DNA of 64,000 nt from an uncultured delta proteobacterium (GTDB taxonomy: Bacteria > Desulfobacterota > Desulfobaccia > Desulfobaccales > 0-14-0-80-60-11): assembly GCA_963812015.1 (NCBI GenBank), contig CAWETI010000002.1, forward strand, positions 1,152,001-1,216,000, in the 5' to 3' direction. The notes beneath the pieces were generated by a model. That model worked only from the letters and a program-made list of their open reading frames with translations, searched no databases and was not told where the DNA came from. The position numbers and the translations under genes are program-made. Position 1 is the first letter of the stretch. Each line of letters begins with the position of its first letter. This document shows positions 1 through 8,269 of the stretch, piece after piece.

Positions 1-1229
1 AGGAGGCGGCCGTCGGCGTCCACGCTGTAGATCAGGTCGGCGGCGTTTTCCACCAGGCCCTGGTACCGGGCCTCGGATTTGTGCAACTTTTCCTTCTGCC
101 GGTTCACTTCTTCCGCCAGGCTGGAGGAGAATTGCTGCTCGTAGCGGAAGTTGAGCATGACGATGGTGCCCGACAGGACCACCAGGCCGATGATCACCTG
201 GAGGTAGAACTGCCGGGTATAGAGGGTGTGGATCACGCCCTCTACTTCGCTGGCCGGAGCCACCACCGCCACCGACCAGGAAAGTTCGGGTTTGCTGTCC
301 TGGACCAGATTTTGCTCTTCCAATTTTACCGGGGCATAGGCAATGAGCTTCTCAATGGTATGCCCGCTCCCCATGATGCCCCGGTGCCACCCGGACGTAT
401 AAGTGCCCAAGCCTTCCTTCCCGGCCAGCATTTTTTCCCGTTGGATCTGATTGATGGCGTCGAAAGAAATGGCCGGCATCCGCTCTTTACGCACCGTAAA
501 GGCGTTTTTACCGATGAAATCGCGTTCCGGATGCGTCAGGAAGATGCCCTGATTGTCCATGATCCAGGCATACCCGGTCTTGCCGCTTTGAATCCCCTGG
601 GTGAATCTCTGGGCCAGCTGATGGGCATCGATATAAAAGACCAAGACGCCGGCGAAGGCCCCCGATGGGTGGGGATGGGATTCGTCCACGGACATCTGGT
701 AGGTCGGCACCGCCATGGCGAAGATGAGTCGGCCGACGTAGTGGGGAATCTCGGCGGACACCGGCATCACCAGGATCTGGCCTTTGTGTTCCGGCTGGCT
801 GGCCCACGTGAGGTAGGGGGCATCTTTGAAGGAACCGGTGGTGATCTGATCTACGCCCCGGCTGTCCAACTGGTAAGCCCGGTCGCCGTTGGGGGTGATG
901 CGCAGGATTTCCACCACGCCCTCTTCCCGGACGGACGCCAGGGTGGCGCGCATGCGGTTGGCCCAGGACAGGGGTTCCAGGTATTGCATGGAAGGAGAGA
1001 AGTCGAGGGTGCTCAACTCCCGCTTGAGGAAGTTGATATTCTGCTCCAGGAGACTGGCGGTGTGTTTGGCCAGCACCAGTTGCTGCTGGTTGAAGTCTTC
1101 CTTGACGATCTCCTTCATCTGGTTGGCAGACTTGAGGCCCAGATAGATGCTGATCCCCAGCAGGGCGAAATTCACCGCCAGTAATAAAGCGAGAGCGTAG
1201 CGGGAGGCGAGAAACGGGAAACGGCGCAT
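1..1229 (-). CDS. Membrane sensor protein, probably a histidine kinase (TM - periplasmic Cache-like region - TM - PAS); runs off the window edge
   Basis: ATG at 1229 gives MRRFPFLASRYALALLLAVNFALLGISIYLG...DFNQQQLVLA; second hydrophobic segment, then RYQGLVENAADLIYSVDAD (PAS start). Absent from the ORF track because it is truncated; the kinase core is not visible. Confidence 0.75.
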   Translation of the reverse strand, partial: MRRFPFLASRYALALLLAVNFALLGISIYLGLKSANQMKEIVKEDFNQQQLVLAKHTASLLEQNINFLKRELSTLDFSPSMQYLEPLSWANRMRATLASVREEGVVEILRITPNGDRAYQLDSRGVDQITTGSFKDAPYLTWASQPEHKGQILVMPVSAEIPHYVGRLIFAMAVPTYQMSVDESHPHPSGAFAGVLVFYIDAHQLAQRFTQGIQSGKTGYAWIMDNQGIFLTHPERDFIGKNAFTVRKERMPAISFDAINQIQREKMLAGKEGLGTYTSGWHRGIMGSGHTIEKLIAYAPVKLEEQNLVQDSKPELSWSVAVVAPASEVEGVIHTLYTRQFYLQVIIGLVVLSGTIVMLNFRYEQQFSSSLAEEVNRQKEKLHKSEARYQGLVENAADLIYSVDADGRL

Positions 1230-1236
1230 AGTCGGT

Positions 1237-3747
1237 TTATTTCTCCACGTGTTCCTGGACAAAGTCCTTGACGTACCAATCAACAATACTATCGGAAAAC
1301 AGCAACTTGTCCAGTTGTTTAACGTAAAAGGTGAGTTTCCCCACAATGGCTAAGCGCTGGGTAATTATTTCGGGAGAATATTTAGCCAACCGGGCTTGGA
1401 TAAACTCGCCGCGTTGTCGATGACTGAAATCCAGGTGGTCCAGAATGGCCTCGATGAGCCGGGCGCGATGTTCTCGATGTTCTGGGTTTGATGCCAAATT
1501 ATCGGCCTGGAACCCGAAGGCAATGTAATTGTCGTTCACCTGGTTCGAGACATAGGCCTCAACGGTGACGAGATCATGCTCCAGGTGGGTTCGGAAATTC
1601 ATATAGTTCTCGGATAACACGACCAGGCTTTGATCAGGCCCAGGGAGGGGGGCCGCACCGCCTTCGGCGCCTTCCTGGCGCGAGTGCAGGTCGGAGAGTC
1701 CCTGCCAGAAGGCCTGGAAGGGAAGGGACATGATCTGCTCCGGCTTGACCTTGCGCCCCCAGCCTTTTTTGAGACCGCCGCCCAGATCCAGAATCCGGAC
1801 CTGCAAGGGCGAGGCCCCCTCCAGGTCCACCACTTTTTTATCAGTCAGAATTTCATCCTTGGTCAGCCTGAACATCTCCCGCATGGAGAATTCGTGGGTA
1901 TAACGGATAATATCATGGAGGGTGCGACAGTTATCAGGCTTGAAGGAGGCCTCGTCCCGGGGATTAATCAGATTGAGGGGAACGACTTTCTTGACCGCGA
2001 CTTTCAAGGTTTGAAATATCTGACTGTTCCCCAACCCGTCACCTTGATCTCGCGGCTTCAAGAGTTCCGGTATCAGCCCATCATACACATTACCGTAATT
2101 AGCATCCACGGTGACCACCTGACCGGCCTGCAAGACCTGGGTGGCGACGCCGGTATCGAGGATAGTGGGAACCTGAAATTCCCGGGCCAGCAGGGCCATG
2201 TGTCCGGTGGGGCTGCCGGTGTCGGTCAAGATAGCTCCTGCCTTGGGCATCACCTGAACAAAACCGGGAGAAGTGTGTTTCGCCACCAGCACGCCGCCTT
2301 CGGGAAAATTTTCCAGGTCCTCCTTGCCCCGGATCAAAACTACCGGGCCGGAGGCCACGCCGCGAAATGCTACTACCCCCTGATCCAGGAGCAAAGCGCC
2401 TTGCTTCGGGGTCCTGGAGGTCGGTGGGCCAACTTTTGGCTGGGTGACCTGGAGCGGGTGACAGTTCAGCAACCAGAGTTGTTCATGCCAGTCCATGGCC
2501 CATTCCACCTGTTGCGCTTGATGATAATGGTCCTCCAGTGATTCGGCCCAGGCCAGAAGCTGATCAAGATGGCGGTCATGGAGACAGGGAGCCTGGAGAT
2601 AATCCCGATGCACCGGGACCTCTTCCAGTCCGGCATCAGGGCGGCAAACCCAGAGCATCGGCTTTTCGGCGATGACTGTCTCTTCCAGGCGCCCCCGTGG
2701 CTGGTAGGCCACCAGGTAACGATCCAGATCACCGGCATCAGGCGCAACGCCCTTACTTGCGCCCCAGCCAGCCAGCACCAGGGCCGCCTCCGGGGTGGAG
2801 CGGTGCGGGTGGTGCGTAAACAGGATGCCGCTGGCTTTCGCCTGGATCATGGGCATAACCGTCACGCCGCAGGCAAGATCCTCTTCTTTAAACCCTTTGT
2901 TATTATAGTAAAATACCGCCCGTGGGGGGAAGAGGCTGGCGAGAATTAGTTTATAGCGGGACTCCATCAATGAGGCCGGAATGTTGAGGTAACTAGCATA
3001 ACGGTCTGCAAAGGTGAAGGCCAGTTCTTCTCCCACCAGACTGGGGCGCATGGCTATCAACGGCTTTTGTTGGGTCAGGTCGGCCAGCCCCTCATAAGCT
3101 TCGTGCATGGCTTTTTGGAGTTCCAGGGGCACGGGAGCTGCCAGAATCATGTCCTTAATCTCGTTACTGGTCTGCTGGAGGCTCTCAAGGTCCTCCAGCC
3201 GCCGCTGTTGCAAATGCTCGGCAATCCGCTTGGTGAGGCGATTATAGTCCAAGAAGACTTTATAGGCATAAATAGAGATGGCAAAACCTGGTGGCACCGG
3301 CAGTTTAAGCACGGTTTGCGCTTCCCCGAGACGGGCGTTTCTCTGTCCCACGATGCCCACCGTCTGGGTATCAAGTTGGTCGAAGAATAAGACTAACGGC
3401 GCGGCGGGAATCTCGCTGCGAGGCTCCAGTACCGCCGCCAATTCGGCGCTGAGCCTCGCCCAGGTTTGAGATAGAGCTTGATAACGATTGTGCCCCAAAG
3501 CGTTGAGGGCCTCTACCATGAGATTGACGTGTTGCCGAAGTTGATTGACGGTAGCGCGAATGTATTGGACATCGAACAGATAATCGCCCGATAGCTTCTC
3601 TTCCATATCCGCCATCAGGGTCAAAACCTGGTTGTTGGCTGAGAGCAATGCCTGGAAACGGGTGTATTTTTCTGCCAGTTCCGACTTTGTCTTACCCGGC
3701 CTATCCCTGGTGAGACGTTGCCAGGCGCGCTTCAGGGCAGTCAGCAT
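1237..3747 (-). CDS. PEP-synthase/PPDK-like protein (PEP/pyruvate-binding N domain + mobile His domain) with degenerate ATP-grasp motifs
   Basis: LPVPPGFAIS, VEWA, ASGPV, DTGSPTGHMALLAREFQVPT; no C-terminal pyruvate-binding barrel. Confidence 0.85.
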   Translation of the reverse strand: MLTALKRAWQRLTRDRPGKTKSELAEKYTRFQALLSANNQVLTLMADMEEKLSGDYLFDVQYIRATVNQLRQHVNLMVEALNALGHNRYQALSQTWARLSAELAAVLEPRSEIPAAPLVLFFDQLDTQTVGIVGQRNARLGEAQTVLKLPVPPGFAISIYAYKVFLDYNRLTKRIAEHLQQRRLEDLESLQQTSNEIKDMILAAPVPLELQKAMHEAYEGLADLTQQKPLIAMRPSLVGEELAFTFADRYASYLNIPASLMESRYKLILASLFPPRAVFYYNNKGFKEEDLACGVTVMPMIQAKASGILFTHHPHRSTPEAALVLAGWGASKGVAPDAGDLDRYLVAYQPRGRLEETVIAEKPMLWVCRPDAGLEEVPVHRDYLQAPCLHDRHLDQLLAWAESLEDHYHQAQQVEWAMDWHEQLWLLNCHPLQVTQPKVGPPTSRTPKQGALLLDQGVVAFRGVASGPVVLIRGKEDLENFPEGGVLVAKHTSPGFVQVMPKAGAILTDTGSPTGHMALLAREFQVPTILDTGVATQVLQAGQVVTVDANYGNVYDGLIPELLKPRDQGDGLGNSQIFQTLKVAVKKVVPLNLINPRDEASFKPDNCRTLHDIIRYTHEFSMREMFRLTKDEILTDKKVVDLEGASPLQVRILDLGGGLKKGWGRKVKPEQIMSLPFQAFWQGLSDLHSRQEGAEGGAAPLPGPDQSLVVLSENYMNFRTHLEHDLVTVEAYVSNQVNDNYIAFGFQADNLASNPEHREHRARLIEAILDHLDFSHRQRGEFIQARLAKYSPEIITQRLAIVGKLTFYVKQLDKLLFSDSIVDWYVKDFVQEHVEK

Positions 3748-3994
3748 TGCTTCCCATTTCCCCTATAAGAAAAAATTGCCATTTTAAATAAATAATAGCA
3801 AAGATTAGCCCAATTAGCCAGTTCGGTGAAGTTGGCGGCCGGGTAGTGGGGGCCCAGGCGGGGCCGGTCGAAAGGCAAGGGAATTATGAGGCAGGCTTAT
3901 CAGTTTAGGGTTTCCTTTTGAACAGGAATCTGATTACGTATAAAGTCACATACCTCGCAGCTACTGATCGTGGCACTTTTCCCGGAGTTACCGC

Positions 3995-5740
3995 ATGCTT
4001 AATAAGCTCAGCGCCTTTTTGCAACAGGTTATCCTCTTAACAGTACTCGGGTTGGTGTTGGTTTCGGGGACCCTGGCTGCGGCTCCCCCCGCCGGTCCCC
4101 CGGGAGAGCGCCTGGCCGTTTCGGGCCTCCTGAAAAACCCCCAGGGGAGGGCGGTGAAAGACGCGGAGGTGGAGTTCCTGGTTAACGGCCACCGGGTCAA
4201 ACCCCTGGGGGCAGAAGAGACGGTGACCACCGGCAAGTCCGGGGCCTTTGTGGCGGAATTGCAACTGCCCGCCGGCACCCTGCCGGGGGCCCGGGTGGAA
4301 GTCACGGCCAAGAAGCCCAGCTGGCGGGATCTTGCGGCCACCCCGGTGAAAGTGGTGGAGGCGGGCGTGGACGCCACCGGCAACCGGGTGTTTCAGGCCA
4401 ACCAGACCTTTACCCTGTACCGCCAGATCACCCCGGGCTTCTGGATCGCCTCGATCATCCTCCTCCTGGTGTATCTGTGCATCGCGTTCGAGTGGATGCA
4501 CCGGACCCTGGCCGCCTTGTTGGGCGCGGCCCTGATCCTGTTTATCACCTACACCCTGGGGATCTTTGACAAGTCTTATTTCATCATGTCCTTTGAGGAT
4601 GCCATGCGGGCCATCGACCTCAATGTCATCTTCCTCCTCATGGGTATGATGATCATCGTCGGGGTCACCAAGAAGACCGGCATGTTTCAGTGGCTGGCCT
4701 ACCAGGCCTATGCCCTGGCCCGGGGCAACGTCTTGGTCCTGGCGATCATCTTGATGTGGATCACCGCAGTGGTCTCGGCCTTCCTGGACAACGTCACCAC
4801 CATGCTCCTGATGATCCCGGTGACCATCGAGATCGCGGTCACCTTGAAGATCAACCCCATTACCCTGCTGGTGCCGGAGGTCTTTGCCTCCAACGTCGGC
4901 GGCACCGCCACCCTGATCGGCGACCCCCCCAACATCTTGATCGGCTCCTACGCCCATCTCACCTTCGGCGACTTTGTCACCAACCTGACCCTTGTCTGCA
5001 CCATCGGCATGGTGGTCACCGCCCTCTACTTTGTGTTTTGGTATAAGAAGGATTATCTCAAGGCCGAGGTCAAGGACGTGACCAAGACCATCGAATATCT
5101 GAGAGAAGAATACCGCATTACCGACCGGAAGCTGCTGATCATGTGCCTGGGTCTCCTGGGCTTCACCGTGTTGTTCTTCGTGGTCCACGGGGTGTTGCAC
5201 ATGGAGCCCTCCATCGCCGCCCTGACCGGGGCCATGCTGCTCGTGACCATTTCCCGGGTGGACATCGTGGAGATGCTGGAGCACGAAGTGGAGTGGCCCA
5301 CCCTGGTCTTTTTCATCGCCCTGTTCATGGTCATCGCCGGGGCGGAGGAGACCGGGCTAATCCAGATAATTGCGGAATGGGTGAAGTCCGTCTCCGGCGG
5401 CAACCTGACCATTGCGGTAATCATGGTCTTGTGGGTGTCGGCCATTGCCTCGGCCTTCATCGACAATATCCCGTTTACCGCTACCATGCTGCCCATCATC
5501 GCCTTCCTGAACCAGACCATCCCCGGAGCGGAGAGCGGGGTGCTGTGGTGGGCCCTGGCCCTGGGGGCCTGTCTGGGGGGCAACGGCACCATGATCGGGG
5601 CCTCGGCCAACGTGGTCACCGTGGGCATGGCGGAGAAGGCCGGCTACCATATCTCCTACCTGGAATACCTGAAGGCCTGTTTCGCGCCCATGTTGTTGAC
5701 CGTGGCCCTGGCCATGGGGTATCTGCTGATTGCTTATTGA
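3995..5740 (+). CDS. ArsB/NhaD (CitMHS-like) ion transporter with a signal peptide and an N-terminal extracytoplasmic beta domain
   Basis: SAFLDNVTT, ASNVGGTATLIGDPPN, SAFIDNIPF, GGNGTMIGASANVV motifs; many TM helices. Confidence 0.9.
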   Translation: MLNKLSAFLQQVILLTVLGLVLVSGTLAAAPPAGPPGERLAVSGLLKNPQGRAVKDAEVEFLVNGHRVKPLGAEETVTTGKSGAFVAELQLPAGTLPGARVEVTAKKPSWRDLAATPVKVVEAGVDATGNRVFQANQTFTLYRQITPGFWIASIILLLVYLCIAFEWMHRTLAALLGAALILFITYTLGIFDKSYFIMSFEDAMRAIDLNVIFLLMGMMIIVGVTKKTGMFQWLAYQAYALARGNVLVLAIILMWITAVVSAFLDNVTTMLLMIPVTIEIAVTLKINPITLLVPEVFASNVGGTATLIGDPPNILIGSYAHLTFGDFVTNLTLVCTIGMVVTALYFVFWYKKDYLKAEVKDVTKTIEYLREEYRITDRKLLIMCLGLLGFTVLFFVVHGVLHMEPSIAALTGAMLLVTISRVDIVEMLEHEVEWPTLVFFIALFMVIAGAEETGLIQIIAEWVKSVSGGNLTIAVIMVLWVSAIASAFIDNIPFTATMLPIIAFLNQTIPGAESGVLWWALALGACLGGNGTMIGASANVVTVGMAEKAGYHISYLEYLKACFAPMLLTVALAMGYLLIAY

Positions 5741-5851
5741 GATCTCTGAAAATTGATTGAGAGAAAGGCGGAGAATTTTGTGAGGGATTACCAATGCTTC
5801 GGCTTGCAGGTTAGAGCGTTTGGCCAAACATGCATTCTGCCCATAATTTTT

Positions 5852-5943
5852 AAATCCCCCTAAATCCCCCTTTTTCAAAGGGGGACTGTAAAACCAATGC
5901 CTCATAATTCTCCCCGTTTCTCAAGGAGGGTCAAGGGGGATTT
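5852..5943. repeat. Intergenic palindromic repeat (AAATCCCCC...CCCCCTTTTTCAAAGGGGG...GGGGGATTT)
   Basis: Nested inverted repeats between convergent genes. Confidence 0.6.
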
Positions 5944-6007
5944 GGGTTTTCGAGACATCTAGGCTTCCGAAAAAACCCTTAGCATTCGCCATATCTTCAA
6001 GCACAAC

Positions 6008-6039
6008 AAAGGCGGCTCCCCAATCAAGGAGCCGCCTCT
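6008..6039. terminator. Intrinsic terminator hairpin downstream of the USP gene, possibly bidirectional
   Basis: AGGCGGCTCC-loop-GGAGCCGCCT with flanking A/T. Confidence 0.65.
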
Positions 6040-6067
6040 GTTCTGGAAACTACTTAGGTATGGGTGA

Positions 6068-6487
6068 TCAGTCTTGGGTTTTGACCACCAGGACCGAACA
6101 GGGTGAATAGGTCACCACCTTGGAAGCGGTGCTGCCCAGGAATGACCTGGTCTTGCCTGCCAGGCCACGGCTGCCGATGACGATGAGATCGGCCTGCTGG
6201 TCTTTGGCCACCTGGACGATCTCATCGGCGGGGGAGGCGCCGGTGATCAGGATCACCTCGGGGGTGACGCCTTGGGCCTGGGCCGCGTCCTTAGCTTTGG
6301 CCAGGGCAGCCTCGGCCTGGGCCTTCATCTTCTCGGCGATATAGACCCCTTCTTCCAACTCCGGGATCTCTATGCCCACTGCGGTTAAGACCACGGAGGA
6401 GGGCGCCTTGGCTTTGGCCAGGTCGCAGGCCGTTTCCACCGCTTTTAAAGAGTAAGCCGAACCATCCACGGGTACCAGGATCTTCAT
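6068..6487 (-). CDS. Universal stress protein (single domain)
   Basis: KILVPVDGS, ADLIVIGSRG, LGSTASKVV, SPCSVLVVK; AGGAGG RBS before ATG at 6487. Confidence 0.92.
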   Translation of the reverse strand: MKILVPVDGSAYSLKAVETACDLAKAKAPSSVVLTAVGIEIPELEEGVYIAEKMKAQAEAALAKAKDAAQAQGVTPEVILITGASPADEIVQVAKDQQADLIVIGSRGLAGKTRSFLGSTASKVVTYSPCSVLVVKTQD

Positions 6488-6488
6488 G

Positions 6489-7523
6489 TTAGGCCCCTCC
6501 TTTGCCAGCATAGGCGGCCTTCTCGGCCTGTTCCTTCTTGAAGCCCTTCCACATTTTGATCATGATTACCAAACACATGCCCAAAGCGGCGCACATGACC
6601 ATCCATTGGGAGGCGGTGTTGAATTTGAACTGTTTCAGGGTCACCGAAATACCCGCCAGGATGATCATGATGGCAAAGAGCAGCCGGATGCCGTAGCCCC
6701 GGATGTATTTCACCGCGGTGACGCCGATCTGGGCGCCGATGGAAGCCCCGATGAGCATAAGGACCGCGGCGATGATCTCGACCCGCCCCTTGACGCCGTA
6801 GGTTAAACAGCCATACGCGCCGGAGAAGAGGACGGAGAAGAGGTCAGTGCCCACCGCAATGGCCGTGGGGCAGCCGATGAGGTAAATCAAGGCCGGCATG
6901 CGGATGAAGCCGCCGCCCACGCCGAGAAAGCCGGACAGCCAGCCGGTGAACAGGAAGACACCGGTGACGGTCCAAAAGGAAATGGTGATGCCCGAGGCCG
7001 GGAAGTGGATCATGGGGGGCAGTTGCCAACCTTTTTTCGGTTCCATAGCAACGCCGGTCCGGGCCGCGGCCGCCATCTTGGCGGCTTGGGCGGCGGCCCG
7101 CTTATCCTTGGTCATATAATCATAGAGCATGTAGATGCCCAGGCCAAAGAGCATAACCATGTAGGTATAGCGGACCACCGGGCCGGCCAGCCCTATCTTG
7201 GAGAGCCACATGACATTGCGGGCGCCGATCTCGACGCCGATGACCGAGCCCACGATGGACAACAGTCCCAGTTTCATGTCGACGTTGCCCATCTTGCGAT
7301 GCTTGGCAGTAGCCACGATGGATTTGCCGAAGATGTGCGCCAGGTCGGTGCCGATGGCGTAGGCCATGGGAAAGCCGAAGGCATTAAGGGCCGGGGTGAC
7401 CACCCAGGCGCCGCCGACCCCGAAGAATCCCCCCAGGACGCCCACCGAGAAACCGATGGCGATCAGCATCAGGGCGTTAAAGTGCATACCGGCAATGGGC
7501 AGGTAAATATCAAAGATACCCAT
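6489..7523 (-). CDS. Sulfite exporter TauE/SafE family (TSUP) transporter
   Basis: Two repeats: GFFGVGGAWVVTPAL...AIGTDL and GFLGVGGGFIRMPAL...AVGTDL. Confidence 0.92.
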   Translation of the reverse strand: MGIFDIYLPIAGMHFNALMLIAIGFSVGVLGGFFGVGGAWVVTPALNAFGFPMAYAIGTDLAHIFGKSIVATAKHRKMGNVDMKLGLLSIVGSVIGVEIGARNVMWLSKIGLAGPVVRYTYMVMLFGLGIYMLYDYMTKDKRAAAQAAKMAAAARTGVAMEPKKGWQLPPMIHFPASGITISFWTVTGVFLFTGWLSGFLGVGGGFIRMPALIYLIGCPTAIAVGTDLFSVLFSGAYGCLTYGVKGRVEIIAAVLMLIGASIGAQIGVTAVKYIRGYGIRLLFAIMIILAGISVTLKQFKFNTASQWMVMCAALGMCLVIMIKMWKGFKKEQAEKAAYAGKGGA

Positions 7524-7559
7524 AGAATATTTCTCCTATCGGATGCTTAATTGATGGTC

Positions 7560-7853
7560 CTATTCGTGGTGTTCGATCTTGTGGGTTTCCATGCCGATCA
7601 TCTTCAGGATGACGTCGGTGACCAGAGCGATGGTCAGGCCCAAGAGGCCCATCAATATGGTGACGATAAAGGCGTATACCCAAAGATTGTCATTGTACCA
7701 GTGGGCAAAAAAGTAATTGATGCCGCTCAAATTGGCGAGGTCAACCTGCCTCCCCAAATGTTCGGGGACATCCAGACCTTCACCGGCCCAGAGCAGGGTG
7801 CCAGGCACCGTCAGCAAGAACAGATTAAAGATGATTACGCATAGCCGTTTCAA
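7560..7853 (-). CDS. Small membrane protein resembling the DVU0150 family (signal peptide + one TM)
   Basis: WYNDNLWVYAFIVTILMGLLG...DVILKMIGMET...HHE; directly upstream of the TauE gene. Confidence 0.75.
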   Translation of the reverse strand: MKRLCVIIFNLFLLTVPGTLLWAGEGLDVPEHLGRQVDLANLSGINYFFAHWYNDNLWVYAFIVTILMGLLGLTIALVTDVILKMIGMETHKIEHHE

Positions 7854-7962
7854 TGTGGTTCACCCCCCTTCCATTAATGAATTTATGGTGATAGCTGCCG
7901 GTCGGGAACAGAGGCCGGCCAGACTACCTGTATGTAGTTTTTTTTACCTGCCGACTATACAG

Positions 7963-7978
7963 GCAATGCTCGTGCCAA
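7963..7978 (-). promoter_or_regulatory. sigma54 (-24/-12) promoter of the DVU0150-like/TauE/USP operon
   Basis: Minus strand reads TTGGCACGAGCATTGC = TGGCACG-N4-TTGC consensus. Confidence 0.85.
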
Positions 7979-8074
7979 GCCTTGAGGCGAGTATACCACC
8001 CTGATTAACTATATGGAAATTATTAAAAATCATTGGATGAGGGGAATTTTTCCCCGAAGGTTGGTGAATCTTCT

Positions 8075-8093
8075 CTGTCAGGATTTTTTACAG
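8075..8093. promoter_or_regulatory. Putative enhancer-binding-protein UAS
   Basis: CTGTCAGGATTTTTTACAG (TGT-N11-ACA) about 100 bp upstream of the sigma54 -24 box, with AT-rich DNA in between. Confidence 0.5.
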
Positions 8094-8269
8094 TCTGTAA
8101 AGCCGGTGAGAGGGTAGGGATCAACCAAAATAATCTAAAAATTTACCTGGGGAAAAATTTGCGGCTATAATCTATAATGTGGTGACCTCGCCGTTTAAAA
8201 GCTTACTTTTGAACTGATAACGTATTATCGTGCTTCAGATAGTTGGGGTAAATGCCACCGGGGAATTGT

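Noticed and set aside
81..1184. 367-aa plus-strand ORF
   Set aside because: Antisense shadow of the minus-strand sensor gene; no recognisable motifs
3971..3986. TGGCAC upstream of the permease (also near 41748) as a sigma54 promoter
   Set aside because: No TTGC at the -12 position
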